From a virus (taxonomy: Duplodnaviria > Caudoviricetes), in IMG/VR virus record IMGVR_UViG_3300044946_000086, positions 1 to 62,037 of that record: a stretch of 62,037 nucleotides of DNA. One strand, written 5' to 3'. The notes beneath the pieces are model-generated. The model did not search any database and was not told the DNA's origin. It was given only the letters and a program-made list of their open reading frames with translations. Each line of letters opens with the position of its first letter. Within the stretch, counting starts at the first letter, position 1. Positions 24,196-34,499 of the stretch are shown piece by piece. The translations under genes and the position numbers were made by a program.

Positions 24196-24812
24196 CCACC
24201 GAACAATCCGACAACCCACCCGCCAGCGTACCGACGCCTGCGCCGGAACTGGATAAAATGTCCAACGAAGCACTGCTGAGATTAACCTTGGAAATCTACG
24301 CCCGTTGGGGTGCATACGGCACGCGCGAAATGTGGCAACGGAATACCGAGTGCCAAGACGAGATGCTGCGCCGATTTCGCCTGTTTGAACTCGAAAAGAC
24401 CGCCAAGGAGATTGCTCAAAAGGAACGGGACGACGCTTTCGCTTTCGTGCGAAACAAGGCAGATAATCAGATGATCGACGCGGACGGCATGAGACGCGAG
24501 AACGCCGCGCTGAGAGCGGAACTTGCCATCTTGCGTAATTATTCGCGTGCAGCAGACGAACTGACGGTTCTGCGACAAGCAAATAAAGCAGCAAACAGGT
24601 TGATTTCAGAATCCGCCGATGAGAAAAAGAAAATCAGTGACTCGCTGACCGCCCTGCGCAGCGCGAACGCGGAGCTGGCGAAAGCATTGTCCGATATTAA
24701 AATATGCTTTGATGCATCTGAGGAGAAAGCTTTAGTTGCTACGTGGGAACGAAAAGAAGCGTGGTGGCAAGCCCTGGCCTCGCACGCCACACAGAAAGCG
24801 GGTGGAGCGTGA
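24192..24812 (+). CDS. Coiled-coil hypothetical protein
   Basis: Heptad-rich ORF with coupled start and stop. Confidence 0.6.
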   Translation: MTTEQSDNPPASVPTPAPELDKMSNEALLRLTLEIYARWGAYGTREMWQRNTECQDEMLRRFRLFELEKTAKEIAQKERDDAFAFVRNKADNQMIDADGMRRENAALRAELAILRNYSRAADELTVLRQANKAANRLISESADEKKKISDSLTALRSANAELAKALSDIKICFDASEEKALVATWERKEAWWQALASHATQKAGGA

Positions 24813-25723
24813 GCACGCATCTTGAATCGGTATCCAATGGGCTGGGCGCTCCGTCACTGTGGCTGCTGCTGATGGCGATCCGCAAGGAGATACCGGCCAC
24901 GGTTAGCATCACGGCTGATACCGGGGCTGAAAATGACCGGCTCTGGAACACGGGCCGGAGAAGCACCAATCAGGAATACTTCGATGAGATAATCGTTCCG
25001 CTTTGCAAAGGCACGCATGTCACGCCTTATTTCGTGCGCTCAGTGGATGAAAACAAAGCAGAGCTTCTGCCCTTGATGGATGAGGTGGCCCTTAACGCCT
25101 TAGATGGCCGAGCAACTTTTATCCCGCTATTTGGCTCTAAAGGAGGACGACAAATGCAGTCCTGCACCGATAAATTCAAGATCAGGGCAATTCGTCAACA
25201 GCAGCGTCGGCTTGGAGCTAAGACAGGCCGAACGGCTCAAGGAATACATTTCCACGAGGCTTCGAGGCGCGTGAAGGGAATTTATATGGGAACCTACATG
25301 ACAACCACGGGAGAGAGTGATTTGTCTGCTGGCCCTTGGCATGTGTACCGAACAACCTTGATGCGAAAAAAGAAAGAGGTTCCTGTTAAATGGCAGGCAC
25401 ACTATTATCCATTGGTGGATTTGAAAATGAGCCGCCAGCAGGTTTACGATGCCGTAAACAAAGAGGGCATCCCGTTCATTATTTCGTCCGAATGCGATTT
25501 GTGCCCCCATAAAGATTTAGCCCGATGGGAGAGAAGTAGTGAATCCACGATTGCGGATGGGGAGCGGATCGAGACGCTACTGAAGGGTAAATACTTTTTC
25601 ACGGATCGCCGCATTCCTCTCCGGCAGGCTATCGCCGCCATGCAGGCCGAACGTGCTGCCAATCCAGAACGCTATAAGCAAGAGTCGGATTTCGGGTGCA
25701 GAAACGATCTATGCGGAGTCTAA
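24809..25723 (+). CDS. PAPS-reductase-like (PP-loop/AANH) Fe-S protein
   Basis: SNGLGAPS (degenerate PP-loop), ADTGAE, CTDKFKI, GIHFHEASR, YPL, CDLCP and C-terminal Cys residues. Confidence 0.75.
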   Translation: MSTHLESVSNGLGAPSLWLLLMAIRKEIPATVSITADTGAENDRLWNTGRRSTNQEYFDEIIVPLCKGTHVTPYFVRSVDENKAELLPLMDEVALNALDGRATFIPLFGSKGGRQMQSCTDKFKIRAIRQQQRRLGAKTGRTAQGIHFHEASRRVKGIYMGTYMTTTGESDLSAGPWHVYRTTLMRKKKEVPVKWQAHYYPLVDLKMSRQQVYDAVNKEGIPFIISSECDLCPHKDLARWERSSESTIADGERIETLLKGKYFFTDRRIPLRQAIAAMQAERAANPERYKQESDFGCRNDLCGV

Positions 25724-25727
25724 ATCA

Positions 25728-26108
25728 ATGAACGACCCAACCCCCACCCAACCCGCAGGCCAGCCCACCGAGGCGCGTGTCGCGGCAAAAGCTCTCTACG
25801 ATCAGGAGTTTCTTGAGAGCGACATTATGCAAGATGATACTGGCGTAATTGCTATCGTTGAACGCGCCGTAGCGGAGGCGACGAAGGAACTGCGGGTAGA
25901 GAACGCCAAGTTGTCGATTATGGTTTCAGATAGAAACCACCGAAACGACGACCTCCGCGCCCAGCTCGCGCAAGCCGAAGCCGCGTTGAGTCAGGTTAGG
26001 CTGGCCACAAGTTTTGCGCGTGGCGTCCTCTCTATTGTCGAAAAGACACGAGAATTTAGGGTTGATGGCGTCATTGAAGCATTGAAGCGCATCGACGCTT
26101 CCATGTAG
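25728..26108 (+). CDS. Hypothetical protein
   Basis: ORF in the early operon. Confidence 0.55.
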   Translation: MNDPTPTQPAGQPTEARVAAKALYDQEFLESDIMQDDTGVIAIVERAVAEATKELRVENAKLSIMVSDRNHRNDDLRAQLAQAEAALSQVRLATSFARGVLSIVEKTREFRVDGVIEALKRIDASM

Positions 26109-26130
26109 CAGAAACCGGGAGGGAAATAGC

Positions 26131-26508
26131 ATGATTACAAACAAAACCGACAGAGTAATTTATAAGCTGGCCGAGGCGTTTATCGCGTGGCCTTTGCCAG
26201 AGAGTGTTAACGCTGATCTATGCACCACAGAACAAATTAAAGGTCGGGTAGGAACAAATCTACTAACGTTCGCAGAGGCTCAACAGATGTTCAGTGAGAT
26301 TGCAGGCCCACAAATCAAAGAGCTGATCGAGCAGCGGGAAAATATGTGCGGGCTTATCTCTCGACTCTGCCGTCAGAGCTATAAACTAGGCGTGAAAAAC
26401 AAGCTCACTGATTCAGCAATGGACTACATCAACACGACCGACGCGGATAACACGCCAGCTTCAAGGCTTCTTCGTAAACTCGTGTCAGCACCCGCGCAAA
26501 AGCCATGA
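26131..26508 (+). CDS. Hypothetical phage protein
   Basis: FIAWPLPESV..D...GTNLLT..EA motif. Confidence 0.65.
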   Translation: MITNKTDRVIYKLAEAFIAWPLPESVNADLCTTEQIKGRVGTNLLTFAEAQQMFSEIAGPQIKELIEQRENMCGLISRLCRQSYKLGVKNKLTDSAMDYINTTDADNTPASRLLRKLVSAPAQKP

Positions 26509-26644
26509 GCCGCCTTTACCTATACGCTGAACCAGCGAATCCACCCATCAAGATGGATAGCCTTAACGTCACGGCTCGACCTTCCAAACCGCCGATCAAA
26601 CCCATGCCGATGACCAAGCTGAAACGCCGCACCAAGCAAAAGCC

Positions 26645-26842
26645 ATGAGCCGCACCCATAGAAACTGGCCGGGCGGAATACTCTACTGCTCAAAGTGCAA
26701 AAAAGCCTTTAAGCAGGCATCGAGCATTGCCTCACATTCCCGCGTTTGCACCGGCCCCACAAAGTCAAAGCGACCACGTTACCCAAAAGCGTTCCAAAAA
26801 CTTTTGGACGCGATACCCCGCCAGCCCGCACCAAATTTATGA
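26645..26842 (+). CDS. Small C2HC zinc-finger protein
   Basis: YCSKCKKAFKQASSIASHSRVC. Confidence 0.6.
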   Translation: MSRTHRNWPGGILYCSKCKKAFKQASSIASHSRVCTGPTKSKRPRYPKAFQKLLDAIPRQPAPNL

Positions 26843-27147
26843 AGACCAAATTAAAGGACGGCGCATCCTTAATTGCGCATGAACGGCGCAGACAAATTCT
26901 TAACGAGGGATTCGACTCGAACCATGACGCTGGCCACCGAGATCAATCTCTTGCCGTGGCCGGAGCCTGCTATGCGCTTACCGGCGACCTGTGCGATAAG
27001 GAAATATGGGATAAGCCGCTCCTGGATTATCTCTGGCCGTGGGAATCTCAATGGTGGAAACCCGACCAATCCCGAGTAAGAAATCTCGTCAAGGCTGGCG
27101 CGCTCATCGCCGCGGAAATCGACAGGCTCCAAGGAACTACGCCATGA
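26839..27147 (+). CDS. Conserved phage protein (ERxRQ...WPW...WWKP...LVKAGALI family)
   Basis: Signature motifs present. Confidence 0.8.
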   Translation: MKTKLKDGASLIAHERRRQILNEGFDSNHDAGHRDQSLAVAGACYALTGDLCDKEIWDKPLLDYLWPWESQWWKPDQSRVRNLVKAGALIAAEIDRLQGTTP

Positions 27148-27602
27148 ACCCATCCACCGACACTTGGACTCCGCTCAATGAACGCCAGCCGACCGCACAG
27201 GACTGGGATGAGACACACGCGGTTGAAGTTTGCCATATCGAGACAAGTATGCGCTGCGTGTTAAATCGTGTTGAGAAATTCACGTGGGGAAACGGCTGGA
27301 CTCACTGGCGGCGCGTGGAGCTGCCGCCGTTGCCTGTCGCTTATAGGCACAACCAAAAAGAAGTGGATCAATACGCTTACCGCGACGAGTGCGGGAAATG
27401 GCAATACGATAAGATTGGCCCGGAGCACGCATGGCACGCAGCCCTAGCCCGCGAACGCTCACACCTCGGCGGAATCAGTGCCGAGTTGTTCGTCAAGGAG
27501 CTGCGGGAGATCAGTAAAAAGTGGCAAACCGGGAAAATAACTAGAGCCGAAAACGCGATGGCTTATATCCACGATATGCTCGACCGCACAGCAATTGGGT
27601 GA
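27144..27602 (+). CDS. Hypothetical protein (DUF551-like N-terminus)
   Basis: WTPLNERQP...WTHWRRVELPPLP. Confidence 0.55.
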   Translation: MNPSTDTWTPLNERQPTAQDWDETHAVEVCHIETSMRCVLNRVEKFTWGNGWTHWRRVELPPLPVAYRHNQKEVDQYAYRDECGKWQYDKIGPEHAWHAALARERSHLGGISAELFVKELREISKKWQTGKITRAENAMAYIHDMLDRTAIG

Positions 27603-28016
27603 ACCAATGAAATCCATCCTTATTCGCCTACTCTGCCATCTCGGTTGTGTCTGGAAGGTAGTGCTGATTTTCGATGACGGAACGTCTGTATTTTTTACGG
27701 TGCTCAGCCCAATCACATCCGACATGCTTCCGCCTTTTGGAACCCGCTGGAATAACGGGAAAATGATTGTTGGTAATCGCGTAGAGAGGGTTATTTACTG
27801 ATGCAGGCTACCCGCAAACTTCCTTGGCGTGCCCGCTGCGAGCTACTGATTCGTTCTGGACTAGCTTCTGATTTTTATACCGCCGCGTCATTACTTTCGA
27901 AAATGCGAGGCAAAAGAAAAGCGCCAAAGCTGCCAGACCCGGCTACGGCTAGGTTGCCGTACAAAGACTAATTTTGTGCTTGCGCGAAGTCGCTACACTA
28001 CTTTACACCATTTCAC

Positions 28017-28202
28017 ATGCAGCTCACGTTCTCCTGTTCCAAGAAATCTGCGGCCAATCGCACGGAAGAAGCAAAGCGTCTCGGACGTTCCCGCAGCTCT
28101 TACATTGCGCTAGTGCTCGACCATTGCGCAGAGAAGTTTGCCGATTCTTGCGTCCCACCATTACCGATCAAAACTCAACTCCGGCCACGCCGAAAGAAAT
28201 AA
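28017..28202 (+). CDS. Ribbon-helix-helix (CopG/Arc-like) regulator
   Basis: LTFS...EEAKRLGRSRSSYIALVL. Confidence 0.6.
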   Translation: MQLTFSCSKKSAANRTEEAKRLGRSRSSYIALVLDHCAEKFADSCVPPLPIKTQLRPRRKK

Positions 28203-28203
28203 T

Positions 28204-29358
28204 ATGTCACAGCAAAATCAACTCGCCGTCATCGGCGATTCACTCGAAATTAGCACGATGGATCAGGCCATCGCGTTCTCATCTAAAATGGCCGAAGCAA
28301 AACTGCTTCCGGCGCATCTCCAAAAAAGTCCAGCCGACTGCCTTCGTGTTGTTATCCAAGCATCGAAATGGCGCATGGACCCGTTTGCGGTTGCCGACAA
28401 AACCAGCGTCATCAACGGTAAGCTGAATTTCGAGGGCCAATTAATTTCTGCGGTTATCAATGCACGCGGCAACTTAGTTAAGCGCCTCGATTACTCGTTT
28501 AGCGGTCAAGGCGATGCTCGCGTGCTCACTGTTTCGGGAACGATCAAAGGCGAATCTGAGCCGCGCACCATCGAACTTCCTTTCTCTCTGGCAAAACGAA
28601 TCAACAAAAACGGCCAGATGAACATCAATCCCGACCAGCAAGCGACCTACATCGGTGCCCGCATTTGGGCGCGGCGCCACATGTCCGAACTTCTGCTTGG
28701 CGTTTACGCGCCAGATGAAATGCCTGATGACGACGAGCCGAAGAACGTGACGCCGGGCGCTGAAGGAGAACCCGCCAGCGGCCCCGGCATATCCACCGAA
28801 ACCACCGCCAAACGTCGTGGCCGTCCTCCAGGGCGAAGCGCGACGGGGGCGGCGGCAGTCGTCGATACGGAGCCTGCTACGGTCACAGAGAGCAAGACTA
28901 TCGACGTGCAAGCTACGGCGACGGCTGACGCACAGGCCGAGGTTGAGACGCCAAAGGCTACCGAGAAGCGGGTAAAAGCGGCGTCGGCACCAACTGCCGA
29001 GCAGGCCAAGCCCGTCACCTCACTTTCTGCCGGCGAAAAGAAATCGTTTGCCGGCGTCATGGTCGTAGAGATCGTGGCACAAAACTTCGGCACAGTCGAA
29101 AAGCCGAGGCTGGCAGTCAAAGCCAGCGTCGAAGGCGCATTCACTGGATTGGTTTACGACACGCGCATTGGCAGCGCGGAGTGGGTCGATGCCAAAGACC
29201 CGGCCAAAGGCGTCAAGGCGGCTTTGCCGTGGCAGCTTGACCATCCGATCAACCTCGTGATTGTCGGCAAGAAACGGCCAGATGAGACGATTGCAAACGT
29301 CGTCGAATCAGCAGAATTATCGGAGGGCGCGGTGCAAGAGGCCGGTGAACTGCCGTGA
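28204..29358 (+). CDS. RecT-like single-strand annealing protein with extended C-terminus
   Basis: LPAHLQKSPADC...WRMDPFAVADKT.VINGKL...ARIWARRH..ELLLGVY.PDE. Confidence 0.8.
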   Translation: MSQQNQLAVIGDSLEISTMDQAIAFSSKMAEAKLLPAHLQKSPADCLRVVIQASKWRMDPFAVADKTSVINGKLNFEGQLISAVINARGNLVKRLDYSFSGQGDARVLTVSGTIKGESEPRTIELPFSLAKRINKNGQMNINPDQQATYIGARIWARRHMSELLLGVYAPDEMPDDDEPKNVTPGAEGEPASGPGISTETTAKRRGRPPGRSATGAAAVVDTEPATVTESKTIDVQATATADAQAEVETPKATEKRVKAASAPTAEQAKPVTSLSAGEKKSFAGVMVVEIVAQNFGTVEKPRLAVKASVEGAFTGLVYDTRIGSAEWVDAKDPAKGVKAALPWQLDHPINLVIVGKKRPDETIANVVESAELSEGAVQEAGELP

Positions 29359-29533
29359 TCTACAAAGTTCAAGTAGGCGATTTCATACGGATTTGCCACA
29401 ACGGCAATAAGCAGCGGCGCACTCGGGTATCTGAGCGGGCCTACTGTGTCGGCGCTGTTTACTCGGACAAAATCCGAATCTTTGACTATGGCAATTACGT
29501 CCGCAGTTGGATTCTCGTGAGAAAGGATGCGCC

Positions 29534-30385
29534 ATGACACAAGACATTACAGGCAACACAATCTCAGTCATCCCGGTAATCCCTCCGGCGCCGCACGTCT
29601 TAGGTGACAGCAAGTTCGTGGCGACGTTGGCCGAGGTCGAGAACCAAGTGTCTGCGCTTAGGGTTGCTGACACGGCTACAGCTCAGTTGGCTGCAAGCCT
29701 CCAAGTCAGGCTCACGCGAGCCAAGGGCACGCTGGAGGCCACGCGGAAGACGCTAATTCAGCCATTCCTCGACGCACAGAGGCTCATCAACAAGACGGCT
29801 GAACCTGTCGTTACTCGGATCGACGCTGCAATCAGTCGCCTGAAGGCGTCACAGACGGCCTACGACGACGAACAGCAGCGCATTGCGGCAAAGTTAGAGA
29901 GGGAACGCAGGGCGGAGCTTGACAGGCTGGAGAAGATACGGCTGGACGAAGAGGCGGCTGCCGCACGCAAGGCCAAGGAAATTGCTGAGGCTGCGGCCAA
30001 GGTCGAAGCAGATCGTTTAGCCAAGCTGACGGCAGACCAGAAGGCAAACGAAGCCGAGCTTGGCTTTGTCGAAGACGAGGTGCCAGAACTTCCGCCTGAA
30101 CCTGTCCAAAAGACGGAGACAGAGCAGAAGATAGAGGCGCTGAAGTATGCGCCGGTCGTCGTCGCGGCCAAGCCTGTCGGCGTGGCGTTTAGGGTTACGC
30201 TGCGCATCAAGTCGATTGACGTGATGAAGCTACCAGAGGTCTTCGTGGAGCGGAAGGCGAAGGAGAATGCCATTAGGGCAGCGTTTTGCGTAGGCTTTCG
30301 AGAAGGCCAGCCCATGCCGGTGTGCGAAGGCTGCGTTTTCGAAGTGGACAAGCAACCAATCAGCACTGGAAGGGAGCAGTTTTAA
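29534..30385 (+). CDS. Coiled-coil recombination-module protein
   Basis: LEATRKTLIQPFLDAQRLIN motif and a long coiled coil. Confidence 0.65.
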   Translation: MTQDITGNTISVIPVIPPAPHVLGDSKFVATLAEVENQVSALRVADTATAQLAASLQVRLTRAKGTLEATRKTLIQPFLDAQRLINKTAEPVVTRIDAAISRLKASQTAYDDEQQRIAAKLERERRAELDRLEKIRLDEEAAAARKAKEIAEAAAKVEADRLAKLTADQKANEAELGFVEDEVPELPPEPVQKTETEQKIEALKYAPVVVAAKPVGVAFRVTLRIKSIDVMKLPEVFVERKAKENAIRAAFCVGFREGQPMPVCEGCVFEVDKQPISTGREQF

Positions 30386-30386
30386 G

Positions 30387-30761
30387 ATGCCGCACTTCGA
30401 TATAGGGCTTTCTTTCGAGGCTCACCGCGAACTTGTTCGTCGAGCGGAGGAAGGTGACGTTGCGGTTGCGCGACTCCGCGATGAATGCCGACGCATCGAA
30501 CAAATGGAAATGTACGGCGGCGATGCCCAGGTCGTGCTCCGCACCAGAGATGGCCTTCAGGTGCCGGTAACAATGGGCTTTGAAGTCGGTTGCTTCACAC
30601 ACGAACTGCGACGCCCTATCCTTTCCGCATACATGCCGATTCAAATTGACCGACCGCCATCCATCGAGCCAATCGAGGAGCGCCGATATCAACGAACAGG
30701 AGAGCGCATTTATGGTCGCGCTGTGTTCGAGGAAGTCTTTGAACGGAAGATAGCCACATGA
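30387..30761 (+). CDS. Hypothetical protein
   Basis: Operon context. Confidence 0.5.
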   Translation: MPHFDIGLSFEAHRELVRRAEEGDVAVARLRDECRRIEQMEMYGGDAQVVLRTRDGLQVPVTMGFEVGCFTHELRRPILSAYMPIQIDRPPSIEPIEERRYQRTGERIYGRAVFEEVFERKIAT

Positions 30762-31153
30762 AAATCTGCGAATTTAGCGAATGGGAGTTGATGCACACTG
30801 CCTTCGACGGAAAGAGCACGGGTGTTTTTATTAGCAATCCTATGATGAACGGACTGGCTCTTATTCAGCGGGCGCTGGAAACCGTCAATCAAGCCGGGCT
30901 CGACGGCAAAAAGCTGACCGACATGAAAGTGATCCATTTCAGCAATCCGGCAGACGGGCCGGATGGCGGACGCTTCGAAGTCCACGCCAAGGTTAGGCAC
31001 CGACTTTCCGCGCCGGCCATGACGAATCAACCTGACTGTGGAAATCCTGCGTGTCCCGAGTGCTACAGCCACCTGACCGAACGTGAACGATTGGCAAAGA
31101 TTGGACTGACGCCGGAAATCCTGAACCCCGCAACGCCAGCGCAGAATTTATGA
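30758..31153 (+). CDS. Hypothetical protein with CxxxxCxxC motif
   Basis: CGNPACPEC; ATGA overlaps. Confidence 0.55.
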   Translation: MKICEFSEWELMHTAFDGKSTGVFISNPMMNGLALIQRALETVNQAGLDGKKLTDMKVIHFSNPADGPDGGRFEVHAKVRHRLSAPAMTNQPDCGNPACPECYSHLTERERLAKIGLTPEILNPATPAQNL

Positions 31154-31557
31154 GCAACGATAAACACGCTTACGGATGGTGCGGGCACATTCTTGTGTCC
31201 GACGCAGACCATGATGACGACAAAGCCGCTGGCCCATTCGTCGTCATTCCTGACATGGCATTCCGGTCGCTTGTAGCGGCCTTTGAAAACAATAAGCTAG
31301 ATGGACGAATTGGCATCGAACGCCTTGGGGTGGTCGATAGCGATTGCTACTTTCTGGCCGTCGGTCATCCCACAACGTTCACGACCGGCTACACCTACTA
31401 TGGTGCAGTCTTCGAAGAAGCAGAGAACCGCGTCGAAGGCGGGGAGGCCGTTGATCCTAAAGACCGGGACGCCGAATACCTGAAGGCGATGAAGGAAATC
31501 TACAACCTCAACATGCCGCCGTGCAAACTGATGATCGGTTGCGCGGTGGAACACTAA
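31150..31557 (+). CDS. Hypothetical protein
   Basis: ATGA overlap. Confidence 0.6.
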   Translation: MSNDKHAYGWCGHILVSDADHDDDKAAGPFVVIPDMAFRSLVAAFENNKLDGRIGIERLGVVDSDCYFLAVGHPTTFTTGYTYYGAVFEEAENRVEGGEAVDPKDRDAEYLKAMKEIYNLNMPPCKLMIGCAVEH

Positions 31558-31570
31558 CCCGACCCCGCCA

Positions 31571-31840
31571 ATGATCACACCTGAAAATCCTCCTGCATTT
31601 CCTCTGCCGCCACAACACTTCTCGTCAGGAACTACTATTACACAGGATGGTATGAGCCTGCGGGATTATTTTGCTGGTCAGGTTCTTTGTGGGATGCTCA
31701 ACAATCAAAATATGACCGACAACATCACCAATCTAGCGACATCCAGTGGCGTGAAAAATATCGACATTCGCGCAAAATACTGCTACGAACTAGCCGACGC
31801 GATGCTGGGTGCCCGCGCGCCGAAAGGCGGCGCGGCGTGA
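31571..31840 (+). CDS. Conserved phage protein (PAFP...GMSLRDYFA family)
   Basis: PPAFP, GMSLRDYFAGQ and YELADAML motifs. Confidence 0.8.
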   Translation: MITPENPPAFPLPPQHFSSGTTITQDGMSLRDYFAGQVLCGMLNNQNMTDNITNLATSSGVKNIDIRAKYCYELADAMLGARAPKGGAA

Positions 31841-32052
31841 GCAATAAATATTCAATCGAGTGGCATGAAGGTTGCCTGAAAAACTGGGAATCAAACATGG
31901 TTCGAGAGGATCAACGCGCTGAACGTATCCTCGCAGAATTGGCCGATCAAAGGAAGCGGTTAGAGTTTTACCGCCGCCAAATTACGGAGGCCAAAAAGCA
32001 GCGCAAAGACGGCTTTGACCTCGAACGCTTCCTTAAAGGCACCCCCCGCTGA
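31837..32052 (+). CDS. Hypothetical protein
   Basis: GTGA overlap; WHEGCLKN...QITEAK...DGFD. Confidence 0.6.
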   Translation: MSNKYSIEWHEGCLKNWESNMVREDQRAERILAELADQRKRLEFYRRQITEAKKQRKDGFDLERFLKGTPR

Positions 32053-32262
32053 AGACCGCGCCATGAAAATTCCTCGCGTTGGCCAAGTTTGGTGCTACGG
32101 GAATCAAAATGGATACCCGAGAACTATCACGCGCATTTCTCGTGGCATGACTGCCCGCACTGAACACGCCGCGCATTGTCTCTTTGTGACATGCTCACCC
32201 TCGTGCTACACGCAAAGCCTGCGTTCATTTCTAACTAATTTTGTGCCACAAAAAACTTCGCC

Positions 32263-32718
32263 ATGAACTTCCACAAAACTACGCAGGACGTAGCCAAGGC
32301 TATCGACCCCTACGCTCGCAAGAAATATCGCCCTGGCCCTGTGCTGAAGACCTTCGAACAAGTGCTCGATGCTGCTCAACGTGGCGTCTGGATTTTCTAT
32401 AACCATAAGGCATACCATCCATCGTGGGCACTCAACTGGTCGTTATGGAGAACGAAGCAGGCTCTTGCTGCCGGAAATATCCGCATCGGGATTCGCAACA
32501 AAGCGTTCCCTCTCGTCTTTGAGGCTATCTGGACTGGCTCAAAGGCTGAGCCGCGTCCAAACTCAGACTCGTATTACATGACGTGCAGCGAGCTTCCCGG
32601 CTATCACAGCCAAGCTCTTGACGCCGAGATCGTTTTTCACCGCGCCTACGAAGTTGCGAGAAAGCATGGTCACTTTGGCGAGGTCGATGTGAAATTTCAG
32701 AAGGAGTGCCCGTTTTGA
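32263..32718 (+). CDS. Hypothetical protein
   Basis: Operon context. Confidence 0.55.
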   Translation: MNFHKTTQDVAKAIDPYARKKYRPGPVLKTFEQVLDAAQRGVWIFYNHKAYHPSWALNWSLWRTKQALAAGNIRIGIRNKAFPLVFEAIWTGSKAEPRPNSDSYYMTCSELPGYHSQALDAEIVFHRAYEVARKHGHFGEVDVKFQKECPF

Positions 32719-33878
32719 AACCTGTCATCCGTTGCTCCTCTCTCGGCCAGCTTCTTTCCTGCCACGGATCACAGTTGCTTCGTTCACTCGTCAATTCACG
32801 CGAAGGCGACGAGTCGCACGAAGGCCAGTATCGGCATTGGGAGACGGCTTGGCGCATCGTCAATGAGCTTGGCGCCGACCAGCCTGACGGTGGGCTTCAA
32901 CTTCCTCGCGTCCCTGCCGGATACAAGGCACCAAAGGCTAGTGAATGGCTGACAGGTTTCTTTTTCAACCACGCGAAGCACGCCTATCCTGACGACTGGG
33001 CGATTGAGGTTGAGCTTCCGATGGCGTATGAGTTCCCGCGATTCATTCTCTCCGGCCACCAAGACTTGAACGGTGTCAACCTCGACGCCTCTGCCTGCCG
33101 AGGATCAGACTGGAAGTGCGTTTACAAGCCTGTTCCACCTGCCCCTGAGAATGATCAGGTCTTGGGCTACATCTGCCTCAATGCTCGTGCCTACCCAAAC
33201 CTAAGCCATCAATCTTTCGACATCGTGCAGCCTCGCATCAGTGAAGACGACACTGGCATCCCTCGCATATCGACCATTGAACTCGACCGCGACATGATTC
33301 AGAAATGTCTGCATAGCCTTGAGACGAGAGTGAATGCGGCACTCGACAGTCCGATGGAACTGAACACCGGGCCGCGTCAATGCTCTTGGTGCGATGCTGC
33401 AATCTCATGCCCTGCAATAATTCAAACCCGAGAAAACATGAAAATGACGCTCACGCCAGAGATGCTGGCTAAGATTAAAAAAGAACCTGACGACGGGCTG
33501 CTCGGCGACATCATCATCGACGCCGGCATTCTCAAGCGGCCTTTCGAGGACGCCAAAGACATCATCAAAGAACGAATCGCCGCCAAAGGCGAAGTGTTCT
33601 CTGCCAGCGGCACCCGCATTACCGCCAAGATCACGAAAGGATCGTGGGACTGTCTAGACCCGGTTTCAATGTACCGCACGCTTCACGAACTGATCTCGGA
33701 CAAGGACAAGCTGGCCAAAGCCCTGTCCTATCCTGGTGGTCGCATCAAAGATGCGATTGCCGAAGACCGCGATATTCCGAAGTCCGGCAAATCCGGCAAC
33801 AACGCCGAAGCCATTTTTAACGCCTCGCTCGCGCCGTTCTGCGAGCAGGGCACACGAACGATACTGCAATTCGACTGA
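32706..33878 (+). CDS. PD-(D/E)xK exonuclease (Cas4/RecE-like)
   Basis: VELPM...LSGHQD...SDWK...QVLGY...CSWC....CP. Confidence 0.75.
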   Translation: MPVLKPVIRCSSLGQLLSCHGSQLLRSLVNSREGDESHEGQYRHWETAWRIVNELGADQPDGGLQLPRVPAGYKAPKASEWLTGFFFNHAKHAYPDDWAIEVELPMAYEFPRFILSGHQDLNGVNLDASACRGSDWKCVYKPVPPAPENDQVLGYICLNARAYPNLSHQSFDIVQPRISEDDTGIPRISTIELDRDMIQKCLHSLETRVNAALDSPMELNTGPRQCSWCDAAISCPAIIQTRENMKMTLTPEMLAKIKKEPDDGLLGDIIIDAGILKRPFEDAKDIIKERIAAKGEVFSASGTRITAKITKGSWDCLDPVSMYRTLHELISDKDKLAKALSYPGGRIKDAIAEDRDIPKSGKSGNNAEAIFNASLAPFCEQGTRTILQFD

Positions 33879-33879
33879 C

Positions 33880-34257
33880 ATGATTGATCTTAAAGGCGAC
33901 GGTCGCGTTCATGTTACTGTCGTTGATCGTGTGTTTCAATATCGCTTTCCCAAATCAAAGAAGCGAAGAATCCGTCGTAAATGGGCGAAGCGAGAAAGTA
34001 ATTTCAGGCCAAATATGAATTTAATTGGCGTTCAATTTATAGTGGGCTCGATGGCTCGATTAAAGGAAATCGAATCAAGTGAAAAGCCGACCGTAGATTA
34101 CGGAGACAGATACCTTGAAATGTCCACAGACCTTTGGTGCTATATCTCGGCAATGAACCCTGATTTTGCAGAACGATGTGACCTATACGAAAATGTCTTA
34201 GAAGAACAAAACGGAGTTAAAATGACAGCCAAGGTTTTGATATACGAACCGAACTGA
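33880..34257 (+). CDS. Hypothetical protein
   Basis: QYRFPKSKKRRIRRKWAK motif. Confidence 0.6.
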   Translation: MIDLKGDGRVHVTVVDRVFQYRFPKSKKRRIRRKWAKRESNFRPNMNLIGVQFIVGSMARLKEIESSEKPTVDYGDRYLEMSTDLWCYISAMNPDFAERCDLYENVLEEQNGVKMTAKVLIYEPN

Positions 34258-34259
34258 CC

Positions 34260-34499
34260 ATGAAAACAAAAACACTTACTAAACCCCAAAGAGATGCTGC
34301 TGAAATGGCTGTCGCTAGCTTTATGATTTATGCGGCAGTTGTGCGTTCGCCAGATATTGATGCCTTGTCGAATGAATTTAGGAACAAGGTGATTGGATTA
34401 ACGTGTCTGATAACTCAAAACATCATACCGCCACAGGAGAAAAAGTTTGTGACAAAATCCATATACAAACAAGTCTTTAAATCTTTGCTCAAAACCTAA
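34260..34499 (+). CDS. Hypothetical protein
   Basis: Operon context. Confidence 0.5.
   Translation: MKTKTLTKPQRDAAEMAVASFMIYAAVVRSPDIDALSNEFRNKVIGLTCLITQNIIPPQEKKFVTKSIYKQVFKSLLKT

Noticed and set aside
32706-33878. cas4 of a CRISPR-Cas system
   Set aside because: It sits in a RecT/RusA recombination module with no other cas genes or array.
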